From assembly GCA_043793345.1 (NCBI GenBank), contig JAYVXF010000094.1:1-49402 (forward strand): a DNA stretch of 49,402 bases, given 5' to 3'. This document shows positions 8,536 through 17,065 of this stretch, piece by piece. The notes below the pieces were generated by a model. It did no database searches. It had not been told where the DNA came from and worked only from the letters and a program-made list of their open reading frames with translations. This DNA is from Betaproteobacteria bacterium (GTDB taxonomy: Bacteria > Pseudomonadota > Gammaproteobacteria > Burkholderiales > Usitatibacteraceae). Each line of letters opens with the position of its first letter. Within the stretch, counting starts at the first letter, position 1. The translations under genes and the position numbers were made by a program.

Positions 8536-9525
8536 ATGAGCACGCCAACGCTGCACCCGGATATTCTCGCGTTGGACTGCGAAGCCGAAGCGAATCGCAT
8601 CGCACAGCGAATGCTTGAGATTGTCGGCAGCCAATTGCGCCGACGTGGCGTGATTATCGCGATCTCTGGCGGCGTCGACAGCGCGGTCTGCGCCGCACTC
8701 GCCGTTCGCGCGTTCGGCACTTCGAAGGTGTATGGATTGATGCTGCCCGAAACAGACTCTTCGTCCAACAGCTTGCGGCGCGGCAAACTGGTTGCTGAAC
8801 AATTCGCTATCCCGTTCAGCGTAGAGAATATCGCGCCGACTCTTGAGGCGCTTGGCTGTTATCGCTGGCGCGATGAGGCGATCCGCGCGGTGTTTCCCGA
8901 TTTCGGGCCGGATTGGAAAAGCAAAATTGCGATTGCAGGCGGTCGCGACGGTGCGTTCAATTATTTTAAATTGGTCGTGCAATCACCAACCGGTGAGCTG
9001 CATGAAAAGCGCCTGCCACCGCGCGAATATCTGCAAATCGTTGCCGCCACCAGTTTCAAACAGCGGGTGCGAAAGATGCTGGAATATTTCCACGCCGATC
9101 GACTCAATTACGCCGTCATCGGCACGCCCAACCGTCTGGAATACGATCAGGGATTCTTCGTTAAAAATGGCGATGGTGCGGCCGACCTGAAACCCATCGC
9201 CCATCTATACAAGACCCAGGTGTATGCATTGGCAAGGCATCTCTGCATTGCCGACGAGATCTGCAACGCTGCACCGACCACCGACACCTACAGTCTGCAA
9301 CAAGGCCAGGACGAATTTTATTTCGCGCTGGCCTATGACAAAATGGATATCGCGCTCTGGTCATTCAATCACAGCGTGCCCGAGGAAGAGCTGGCAGCCT
9401 TTCTGGGCATGCTGCCAAGCCACGCCGCGTTTATTTACAAAGACATCATCGCCAAACGCCACGCGACCCGCTACCTGCACGCCAGGCCGGTGTTGGTCGA
9501 GCCGGTGGCAGAGCTTCCTGTTTGA
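8536..9525 (+). CDS. NAD+ synthetase (NadE)-like PP-loop ATP pyrophosphatase paralogue
   Basis: PP-loop ISGGVDSAVCAALAV lies about 44 residues from the proposed ATG at 8536. NadE-like motifs IGTPNRLEYDQGFFVKNGDGAADLKPIAHLYKTQVYALARHL are present. The track start at 8416 would overlap the ACP by 92 nt, so I rejected it. There is no clear SD, so the start is moderately uncertain. Confidence 0.7.
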   Translation: MSTPTLHPDILALDCEAEANRIAQRMLEIVGSQLRRRGVIIAISGGVDSAVCAALAVRAFGTSKVYGLMLPETDSSSNSLRRGKLVAEQFAIPFSVENIAPTLEALGCYRWRDEAIRAVFPDFGPDWKSKIAIAGGRDGAFNYFKLVVQSPTGELHEKRLPPREYLQIVAATSFKQRVRKMLEYFHADRLNYAVIGTPNRLEYDQGFFVKNGDGAADLKPIAHLYKTQVYALARHLCIADEICNAAPTTDTYSLQQGQDEFYFALAYDKMDIALWSFNHSVPEEELAAFLGMLPSHAAFIYKDIIAKRHATRYLHARPVLVEPVAELPV

Positions 9526-9559
9526 TTTCATCAGCCGCTTGTCAAGGCTCCGACCAGAA

Positions 9560-11584
9560 ATGACCTCTGTTGCGAGCGGTGAAAATATTCATGAAAATTT
9601 GACGCCAGCAGCGTTGACACTTTTTCATCAATGCTTGAACGAGCTCTCGTCGGCGCTCAATGCCCTGCCTGATAAACCGGACGAAACACCGATCAGTACG
9701 CTTGCAGCACTTTGGCATACCGCAGCAGGTCGACCAATCTCGGCGAAGCGCGCGGTTGCAGACGCATTGCCCGAGTTGGATCAAGCTGCGATCACGAAAT
9801 TGGCTGCGCTCTTAACGGATCGCATCGCGGGCATCCCGCTGGCCTACCTCACCGGTCGGCAGCAATTCATGGGTGTGGAGCTTTTTGCCAGCGATGCAGC
9901 GCTTATTCCGCGTGAGGAGACCGAGTTGCTGGGCACTGCTGCGCTCACGCAATTGCGCGCGGTGGTGCGCGAGCAAGGCCATGCCACGGTGCTCGATGTT
10001 TGTACAGGATCGGGTAACCTTGCACTGGCGCTTGCGTGGCACGAGCCGCACGCGCGCGTCTGGGCGGCCGACCTTTCCGAGGACGCCATCGCGCTGGCGC
10101 GCCGCAATCTTGCCCACCTCGGTCTGGCCAGTCGCGTCGAGTTCCGTACTGGCGATCTATTGGCGCCATTTGATACGCCGGCGTTTCATGGAATTGTCGA
10201 CTTGCTGATTTGCAATCCGCCATACATATCAAGCGGAAAAGTCGACGGAATGCCCGGGGAAATTATAGGCCACGAGCCGCGACTGGCATTTGATGGCGGC
10301 GCGCTGGGAATTCGAATTTTATTGCGATTGATTTCTGAAGCGCCGCGCTTTTTGCGGCCCGGCGGCTGGCTTGCGTTTGAACTCGGGCTTGGACAGGGCC
10401 CGGGCATTCGCAAGCGGCTTGAACAGGGCGGTGGTTACGTTGATATTAATGAAGTCATCGACAGGAATGGTCAGATACGCGCTTTGATTGCGCGCCTGCC
10501 TCAGCCGAAAGGGCAGGCGCTAGTCGAGCAAAACAACGACAGCGGAAACGCCTATTCAGTCGTTGTCGCCAACGTAATGGCAGATGGAGAAAAAATTCGT
10601 TCGCTTTGGCGCACGGGTCTAAACGCTGCCACGTTGGGCGAGGCTAAATTTGATTGGTACTATCAGCGAAACCCGGATGGCGCGCCGGACGCATTGATGT
10701 TGCTCCACAGCGGCAATGCAGACGCCGTGGGTGTCGCCGCTGTGGGGCACCGCCGTATGCGATTTAACAACGTGATGTTGCTAACCGCCGTAACCGTGGA
10801 TTTTGTTGTACACCCGGAACATCGAACCCTGTTTCCCGCATTGTTACTGCAAAAGGAAGTGTGCAGGCGCGCGCTACAAATGCACCATGTGGTCTGGGGA
10901 TTGCCAAACCTCAATGCCACTGCGGTGTTTAGCCGCGCTGGCTATCAATTGGTTGGCCAGATGGTGCGTTACGCCCGCGTTTTGCGTTCCGCAGAGTATT
11001 TGGCACGCCACCTTTCCCCATGGACGAGCCGCGTGGCGGGCGCAATTGTTGATTGGATACTGTTGGGGATTCTCGCCTGGCGCAAACCAAGGGCACGCAG
11101 TTATCTCACCAAATGGCAGCAGCGCCCGGACGCCCGCTTCGACGATCTCTGGCAGCGAAGTGCTGCGCCCGACCAATTGATGGGTGTGCGCGATGAGCAG
11201 TATCTGACCTGGCGATTCGGCGACTACCTGCTTCGAGCCTATTCGTTTTTCACCCTTGCGTCCGCCGTGGATCAACGTCTTATCGGTTACGCGGTGTGCG
11301 AAATTGACCAGCAGTCGTTGCACGTCCGCGATTTTCTGATCGATCCCAATATAGCCGGGGCGGCGGCATATCTCTGGCACAGCTTGGTTCGGGAGGCGTA
11401 TCGAAAGGGTCTTGCGAGTCTTTCCGTTGAGTTTCATGGCGGTGAGCTTGTACAGGAAGAATTAAAAGACGCCGGGCTGACCGCGCGCCATCAAACGCCT
11501 CTGTATGCCGCACTCGCGGATAAGTCGCGGCCGCTGTTGCAAGGGCGGCACTGGTATCTTACCTGCGCGGACGTAGACGGCTAA
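9560..11584 (+). CDS. Fusion protein: HemK/PrmC-like SAM-dependent methyltransferase with a tandem GNAT/FemAB-like acyltransferase domain
   Basis: The N-terminal ~300 aa carry the SAM motif VLDVCTGSGNLALALA and motif IV LLICNPPYISSG (NPPY). The C-terminal ~360 aa contain two GNAT-like halves (GVAAVGHRRMRF...DFVVHPEHR...SRAGYQLVG and IGYAVCEIDQQSLHVRDFLIDP...REAYRKGLASLSVEF...LKDAGL). The start is moved to the ATG at 9560, because the track start at 9224 overlaps the NadE-like CDS in another frame. Confidence 0.7.
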   Translation: MTSVASGENIHENLTPAALTLFHQCLNELSSALNALPDKPDETPISTLAALWHTAAGRPISAKRAVADALPELDQAAITKLAALLTDRIAGIPLAYLTGRQQFMGVELFASDAALIPREETELLGTAALTQLRAVVREQGHATVLDVCTGSGNLALALAWHEPHARVWAADLSEDAIALARRNLAHLGLASRVEFRTGDLLAPFDTPAFHGIVDLLICNPPYISSGKVDGMPGEIIGHEPRLAFDGGALGIRILLRLISEAPRFLRPGGWLAFELGLGQGPGIRKRLEQGGGYVDINEVIDRNGQIRALIARLPQPKGQALVEQNNDSGNAYSVVVANVMADGEKIRSLWRTGLNAATLGEAKFDWYYQRNPDGAPDALMLLHSGNADAVGVAAVGHRRMRFNNVMLLTAVTVDFVVHPEHRTLFPALLLQKEVCRRALQMHHVVWGLPNLNATAVFSRAGYQLVGQMVRYARVLRSAEYLARHLSPWTSRVAGAIVDWILLGILAWRKPRARSYLTKWQQRPDARFDDLWQRSAAPDQLMGVRDEQYLTWRFGDYLLRAYSFFTLASAVDQRLIGYAVCEIDQQSLHVRDFLIDPNIAGAAAYLWHSLVREAYRKGLASLSVEFHGGELVQEELKDAGLTARHQTPLYAALADKSRPLLQGRHWYLTCADVDG

Positions 11585-11681
11585 TGCAGGCCTGTCCAAG
11601 TGAGGTGGCAAAAACCGATTTTCGTGTTTGGCGAGGTGCGAATTCGGTAGAACCAATTTGAAGAGCCCTTACGAAGGCCGG

Positions 11682-12806
11682 TTATGAGGGCTTTTTTTCG
11701 GTCGCATCAACCGGGGGCAAACGATCAATCAGTCGCACCAGAAGATCCAACGATGCGGAGTGACTGCGTTCGAGCCGCACCATGGTGCGTTCGAGCCGCA
11801 GCATGCTTTCCTCGACCCGAAGCCACCGTGCTATCGCATCACTGCGACTCAAGCCGAACGCGATTGAGTGCACGTCCTCGGCATCGTCGTAATCATGCCC
11901 TGCGGTAGCCGGGTAATGATTTCCGGCAAGTAAATTATCCGCGTTCGACAACGCGCCGATATGAGCAGCATGATGCGTCGAAGATCTTGGTGCGAGCGTC
12001 TCACTACTCATTTCTCCGGCGACTTCATGCACATCCTCACGTGTAAACACGCGTTTTTCGGCAAGAAATCCTGACAATAGCAAGCGGTCACAGACGGCAT
12101 TGATACGTCGTGGCACCCCGCCGCTGGCCGCAAAAATCGCCCCGAAAGCGTCGGGCTCAAATTGCGGCGAATCTTTCCACCCAACGCACGTCAGGCGATG
12201 CTCAACGTACCCGCGCGTTTCCTCTTCGTCCATCGGGCCGATATGGCATGCCGCGATGACCCGCTGACGTAACTGCTGCATTTGCGGGCTCTGCAGAATA
12301 TGTCGAAATTCCGGCTGGCCGATGAGGAAGCTTTGTAACAGTGCGTGCGTATCAAGCTGAAAATTCGACAGCATGCGCAATTCTTCAACCGCGCGCGGCG
12401 TAAGGTTTTGCGCTTCGTCGACCACCAAAAGGCATCGCTTGCCCTGTTTTGCAACTGACACCAGAAAAGCCTCAAGCGAGAGCAGCAAATTCGCTTTGTC
12501 GGTTTGTTTGGTTGGAATGCCGAACGCTGACGCGACCATCCTAAGCATATCGTCAGCGTCCAATTGTGTGCTCACCAGATTCGCGGCAACCACTTGCTCC
12601 GGATCCAGTTTGGCGAAGATATTGCGAACCAGCGTCGTCTTGCCGGCACCGACCTCACCGGTGATCACGATGAATCCCTCGTTTTGATGCAATCCATACT
12701 CGAGGTAGGCCATCGCGCGCCGGTGCTGGCGGCTGCCAAAATAAAATGATGGGTCAGGGTTAAGTTGAAAAGGCTTCTTGGTCAGCCCATAAAACGATTC
12801 GTACAT
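11682..12806 (-). CDS. ExeA/GspA-like AAA ATPase (PEP-CTERM system-associated ATPase type)
   Basis: The N-terminus MYESFYGLTKKPFQLNPDPSFYFGSRQHRRAMAYLEYGL is typical of the ExeA family. Walker A is GEVGAGKTT and Walker B is LLVVDEAQ. Confidence 0.85.
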   Translation of the reverse strand: MYESFYGLTKKPFQLNPDPSFYFGSRQHRRAMAYLEYGLHQNEGFIVITGEVGAGKTTLVRNIFAKLDPEQVVAANLVSTQLDADDMLRMVASAFGIPTKQTDKANLLLSLEAFLVSVAKQGKRCLLVVDEAQNLTPRAVEELRMLSNFQLDTHALLQSFLIGQPEFRHILQSPQMQQLRQRVIAACHIGPMDEEETRGYVEHRLTCVGWKDSPQFEPDAFGAIFAASGGVPRRINAVCDRLLLSGFLAEKRVFTREDVHEVAGEMSSETLAPRSSTHHAAHIGALSNADNLLAGNHYPATAGHDYDDAEDVHSIAFGLSRSDAIARWLRVEESMLRLERTMVRLERSHSASLDLLVRLIDRLPPVDATEKKPS

Positions 12807-12820
12807 TTGCGTGCTGCCTG

Positions 12821-14545
12821 TTAGTACCGAAGTGAAACCGACGCCAGAGCGGCATTTTCCCGGTAACTTGTGTTCAAGGAATTGTCGAGATGCACGCGCC
12901 GGGCACCGAAAGCGACATAGGTATTTTGTCCCACACGGGTTGAAAAAAGCAGGTTAAGCGAACGCTGCCTGGTATCCAACCCAGCGATGGACAAACCTTC
13001 GGTTCGTAACGATGTCGCGATCAACGATATCGATGATAGTGGGGACAGTCTGTGCGCCCAGTTTAAATTGAAGCCTTGTTGCAATATGTCGTTGCTCAAT
13101 GAAAAACTATCCGTTGCACCAATAGTTGAGCCAAATGCTCGCTGATTCCTTCGGGAAAATATCAAGGCAACGGTATTTTTTATTCCCACGAGTGCGACAG
13201 AAGCCTCTTCGCTTCGGCTGAGAATCGGTCGTCCGGTCGCAAAACCGCCGTTCAATGCCGAGCCCGCAGGGATGCCTGATTCCTCCAGCTTTTTACGCAC
13301 CGCCGCTTCGCGTGCAATCGGATCCGGAATCGCGGAGATCAAAAGATCAGATAACAAGCCAGCGGTAGAGCCTGAGCCGGTTGCCGTCAATTGACCGGGC
13401 AATGCGGTGACATCGCGGTTGCTGGTGAAGCTCCAAAGGGTAAGCGCGGTGCGATGTTTGAAAATAACGCTATGACCCTCGCCGAAAAAACGTTTTTCTT
13501 TCACCGCCGCAAACTGGGTACTTGCGCTCGGCGACCACTCCAGGCCAAAACCGGACGTACTGGCGCGATTTTTTTGTAAGCCCGCAAAATTGGTGGACTC
13601 GCTGCCAACGATTGCAGACACGTGTATCTGTGGATCAACTTCGTAAGACAGTGAGCCACGAATGCGCTCATCGAACGACTTGCCGACAACATTATTGCGG
13701 AATGTCAGCGCGTTCCCGTCGAGCGACCAGCCAAAACCGGAAATCGCACGGCCATTTTTTATGAAACCAGCCCATTGCCTGGCTATGGTATCTGGGAGTG
13801 CCGGGTCTTTCGAACGAATGTCAGCCGCAACAAACCTGAGCTGATAAGACGCGAGCTCGAGGAGCTTACCGTTGATACGTGGTGAAATTTGGGTGGTCGT
13901 TGTTTCAATTCTATTGCCATTTGGGCCAGTCGTGTCTGTCGCCCCGGCAATGCTGAAGGCAGAGCGGTTTTGTTGCGTAATGTTTGCGCTCGCGTCAACG
14001 AACAGCCAATTATCAATCGCCTCGACCACCGCATTGGAAGCCAGCAGACGTTGGGTATTGTTAAGCCGCGAATCACCAGAGTACCGAAAATCACGCAAAC
14101 GGTAATCCAGATAAATTTTTGACCGTACGCCTCTCTTTTCGATGCGAATTCCGGGAGTGGATTCTGTTACCCAGCTTTTCTTTGCGATTGCAGCCGGTAT
14201 CAGCGCGGCATTGTCGGTGTAGCTTTCGACCAGACTGATTTCAGGCGTGATGCGCCATGCAGTGACAGCCGCTACCGGTGCGGTGCTTGGCGGCGCGGCG
14301 GGCTCAGATTGGGCGACACTTCCTGTTGACATACAGGCGACCCCGCACGCAGTCGCCAGTGCCGCTACAACACAAACCAGGCTTGCTGGCGCGGTCCGCT
14401 GATCAAACGCGTTCTCACCGATCCGGCGGATACCTGCTGGGGTCAATGCTCGCCTCTTTGCGTCAGCGCCACAGCCATAGTCTGAAAATCGCTTCATCAA
14501 TGCGCTAATTGTAGCCGTAGCCATATCCGTACGCACCCTGCGCAA
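12821..14545 (-). CDS. Predicted outer-membrane beta-barrel protein of the PEP-CTERM locus
   Basis: A hydrophobic signal-like segment SLVCVVAALATACGVAC is followed by a long sequence of alternating-pattern beta-strand character, ending in an aromatic residue (SLRY). It sits between epsG and the ATPase, as in other XrtA loci. The start is uncertain: the ATG at 14545 overlaps epsG by 41 nt, and alternatives are 14524 and 14497 (MKRFSDYG). Confidence 0.6.
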   Translation of the reverse strand: MRRVRTDMATATISALMKRFSDYGCGADAKRRALTPAGIRRIGENAFDQRTAPASLVCVVAALATACGVACMSTGSVAQSEPAAPPSTAPVAAVTAWRITPEISLVESYTDNAALIPAAIAKKSWVTESTPGIRIEKRGVRSKIYLDYRLRDFRYSGDSRLNNTQRLLASNAVVEAIDNWLFVDASANITQQNRSAFSIAGATDTTGPNGNRIETTTTQISPRINGKLLELASYQLRFVAADIRSKDPALPDTIARQWAGFIKNGRAISGFGWSLDGNALTFRNNVVGKSFDERIRGSLSYEVDPQIHVSAIVGSESTNFAGLQKNRASTSGFGLEWSPSASTQFAAVKEKRFFGEGHSVIFKHRTALTLWSFTSNRDVTALPGQLTATGSGSTAGLLSDLLISAIPDPIAREAAVRKKLEESGIPAGSALNGGFATGRPILSRSEEASVALVGIKNTVALIFSRRNQRAFGSTIGATDSFSLSNDILQQGFNLNWAHRLSPLSSISLIATSLRTEGLSIAGLDTRQRSLNLLFSTRVGQNTYVAFGARRVHLDNSLNTSYRENAALASVSLRY

Positions 14546-15434
14546 CGGTGCGCGCCTGATTAAGCAATATCATCTTGACCGGGCACGTCTCGATCGTCGC
14601 CAACGCCCGTTTCACTTCGCTTTTAAGCGTCGCTTCCGCCTGTACAACGAACACGATTTGACCCATGTGCGTGGCTAATACGCGCGCTTCTGTGGTCACT
14701 AAAAGCGGCGGGGAATCGAACACCACGATTCGGTTGGGATAGCGCGTAGCCATCTCGTCCAGCAACCGATCCATTGCATCACTAGCCAATAATTCAGTTG
14801 CACGTGCGTGCTGCGTGCCGCTGGTAAGGATGGACAGTTTTTCAACGTTCGTCCTGATTAACGCGTGGTCAAGATCAAATGATTTGTCATGCAGCGCGTC
14901 GAGCAGGCCTTTGCCAGACGGCAATCCGAGTAGGCGCGGCAGTGACGGGCGAGCCACGTCAGCATCCACCAGCAAAACTGTCTGATCCAGCTCCATGGCA
15001 ATGCTCATCGCCAGATTGACCGCAGAAAAAGTCTTGCCCTCGCCGGGAACGGCGCTTGTCACCATGATCAAATTGCCATTTTTGATCGGCGTCGTCCCTT
15101 TGCCTGAAGCGTTGGCAATGAGTGGGCGTTTTACAATACGAAATTCGTCTGCGATGCGGGATCGGGGACTATCCGGCGTGACGAAACCGAGCTTCGCCAG
15201 CATCACAAGATCCAGTTCGACGCTGGCCGACACAGCAGTCCGCACCCCTGAATATTCGGCGACACCAACCGCCGCGATTGCCGCATCGACGTGTGAAGTC
15301 GCAGGAAAAACGGTGGCACCATTGGTATTTTGTGCGCTACTGCGGCTGGTATTTTGGCCGGGGTCGCCTGGAATATCGATGCCCGCGCGACGTAATTCTT
15401 CCAATCGCTTCGCTGCTTGCTCAATGACACTCAT
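14505..15434 (-). CDS. epsG: Exopolysaccharide tyrosine autokinase (BY-kinase catalytic subunit, EpsG type)
   Basis: Walker A is VPGEGKTFSAVN, Walker A' is VLLVDADVARP and Walker B is IVVFDSPPLL. The C-terminal Tyr cluster is GAYGYGYGYN. There is no TM segment. Confidence 0.85.
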   Translation of the reverse strand: MSVIEQAAKRLEELRRAGIDIPGDPGQNTSRSSAQNTNGATVFPATSHVDAAIAAVGVAEYSGVRTAVSASVELDLVMLAKLGFVTPDSPRSRIADEFRIVKRPLIANASGKGTTPIKNGNLIMVTSAVPGEGKTFSAVNLAMSIAMELDQTVLLVDADVARPSLPRLLGLPSGKGLLDALHDKSFDLDHALIRTNVEKLSILTSGTQHARATELLASDAMDRLLDEMATRYPNRIVVFDSPPLLVTTEARVLATHMGQIVFVVQAEATLKSEVKRALATIETCPVKMILLNQARTVAQGAYGYGYGYN

Positions 15435-15443
15435 TAACAGTCC

Positions 15444-16997
15444 TTAAACACTTCGCGAGGCGAAAAATATCAACGCCAGGAATCCCGCCACGTATGCGCC
15501 AAGTAGTGCGCCGACCCCACCGAGAAATCGGAATGCGCTGCGTCTCGCCGCACGCTTTTTTGGCTCGCTCAAGACCATTGAAATGATACCCAGAACTGGC
15601 AATTCCGTGGCTTCACCCAGCGATCTGACATCGTAGAACGCGGGGCGGAGCTCTCTTGCGGCAAAGGTGATTACCAATCCGCTAGCCAACGCAATCAACA
15701 GTGTCATTGGGAACAGCACGCTGCGATTGGGTGAAACCGGTTGCGGCGACACGCGAGGGGGATCAATCAGCCGGAAATCGGCAACACCTGCGACTGACTG
15801 CATATCACCGGACATACTCGCTTTTTCACGGGCTGAAATCAGATTTTCATAATTTTTCTTATTGACATCGTAATCGCGATTGAGTTGGACAAATTCGGCT
15901 TCAAGTTGCGGCACGCGTGACGCTGAAGATTTGAATTCGTTATAGCGTGATGAATATTCGTTTACGCGCGCGCGCAACGACGCAACCGTTGCCTCCGCCT
16001 GCGCGAGCGAAACTTTTAATTGTTCGGACGCGAGGGGTCCGCTTGCGAACGACTGAACGGGCAACGCGCGATCATTTTTGCGCGACAGCACCAATTGTCG
16101 CTTCTGCTCTTCCAGCTCTTTGATCGCTCTTTGGGTGCCAATGACATCCGGGTGGCTTTCCGTAAATTTCAGCAGCATGGTGTCGAGACTGCGTTTCAGG
16201 AAATCGATTCTTCCATCAATTTCGGTTGTACTTCCCCCCGCAACTGCGACCCCGGATGACGCGCTGGTCTCTTCACTCGACAAACCGCGTTTGAAAGCAT
16301 CGCGCGAGTTTTCCGCTTCGCGCAGCAATAGCTGGGCTTGATTCAGCTGCGTATTGGCGTCTGACATCCGCGCAAAAAAGCCTGCACCTTCACCGGGCGT
16401 CATGCCCAAATTGCGGATTTTAAATTCTTTCAAACGACTTTCGGCCTCTTGGAGCTTTTTTTCGTAGATGACGATTTGTTCGTCGACAAACTTTTTTGCC
16501 GTATCCGTGTCGCTGCTTTTGCCGCCTTGCCCGGATTCGATAAACATCGAGCTAAAACTCTGCACCGCCCGCTTTGCGCGCTCGGGCTGCACATCGCGAA
16601 AGGTCAGGGTGTACAGATTGTCTTTTACACTTCCGCTAATCGTGAGCAGTTTGGACACGCGATCCACAATGCCGTCGTAGTCGGCCTTGGATTTACTCCC
16701 CGCGTCAAGACCAACGGTTTGTACAAGCTTCTCGACGTTTGGTCGACTGATAACCACGCGACTTAACGCAGCGATCTGGTCTGTGTCGTTTTGCATGACG
16801 GTCATGCCCGTCATCAATGGTTTCAGGATCGACGCGGTATTGACATAAATACGCGCGGACGCCTCGTACTTGTCCGGAATCTGGAACACGATCGCCACAC
16901 CAATGGCACCGACTACCCATGCAGTGGCAAGTCCGAGCCAGCGGAAGTGCCACATTCCCCGCAGGGTTATTATCGACTGGCGAAGTATTTCATCCAT
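15444..16997 (-). CDS. epsF: Polysaccharide chain-length determinant / co-polymerase (PCP, EpsF type)
   Basis: The N-terminal TM is followed by the Wzz-like PDKYEA motif and a long coiled-coil periplasmic region. A proline-rich PPRVSPQPVSPNR motif precedes the C-terminal TM. Confidence 0.8.
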   Translation of the reverse strand: MDEILRQSIITLRGMWHFRWLGLATAWVVGAIGVAIVFQIPDKYEASARIYVNTASILKPLMTGMTVMQNDTDQIAALSRVVISRPNVEKLVQTVGLDAGSKSKADYDGIVDRVSKLLTISGSVKDNLYTLTFRDVQPERAKRAVQSFSSMFIESGQGGKSSDTDTAKKFVDEQIVIYEKKLQEAESRLKEFKIRNLGMTPGEGAGFFARMSDANTQLNQAQLLLREAENSRDAFKRGLSSEETSASSGVAVAGGSTTEIDGRIDFLKRSLDTMLLKFTESHPDVIGTQRAIKELEEQKRQLVLSRKNDRALPVQSFASGPLASEQLKVSLAQAEATVASLRARVNEYSSRYNEFKSSASRVPQLEAEFVQLNRDYDVNKKNYENLISAREKASMSGDMQSVAGVADFRLIDPPRVSPQPVSPNRSVLFPMTLLIALASGLVITFAARELRPAFYDVRSLGEATELPVLGIISMVLSEPKKRAARRSAFRFLGGVGALLGAYVAGFLALIFFASRSV

Positions 16998-17065
16998 CTA
17001 ACATCCGTTTGAAATTCGATGGCGGCGACCGCAAATTCATCGACGTTGTGACGCGCGAAAATAAC

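Noticed and set aside
8226-8982. Minus-strand ORFs of 186 and 175 aa across the ACP and NadE-like genes
   Set aside because: They are antisense to two plus-strand genes with clear motifs (the Ppant serine and the SGGVDS PP-loop). I recognised no motifs in the minus-strand translations.
9224-9559. Upstream start giving a 786-aa MTase-GNAT protein
   Set aside because: The extension overlaps 300 nt of the NadE-like CDS in another frame, and its translation is Arg/Pro/Trp/Cys-rich. The ATG at 9560 follows the NadE-like stop by 34 nt.
11655-11700. Weak hairpin plus T7 run (GCCCT...AGGGCTTTTTTT) as a terminator of the MTase-GNAT operon
   Set aside because: The stem is only ~5 bp with a large loop. 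The T-run lies inside the 3' end of the convergent ATPase CDS, where it encodes ...EKKPS. The evidence is insufficient.
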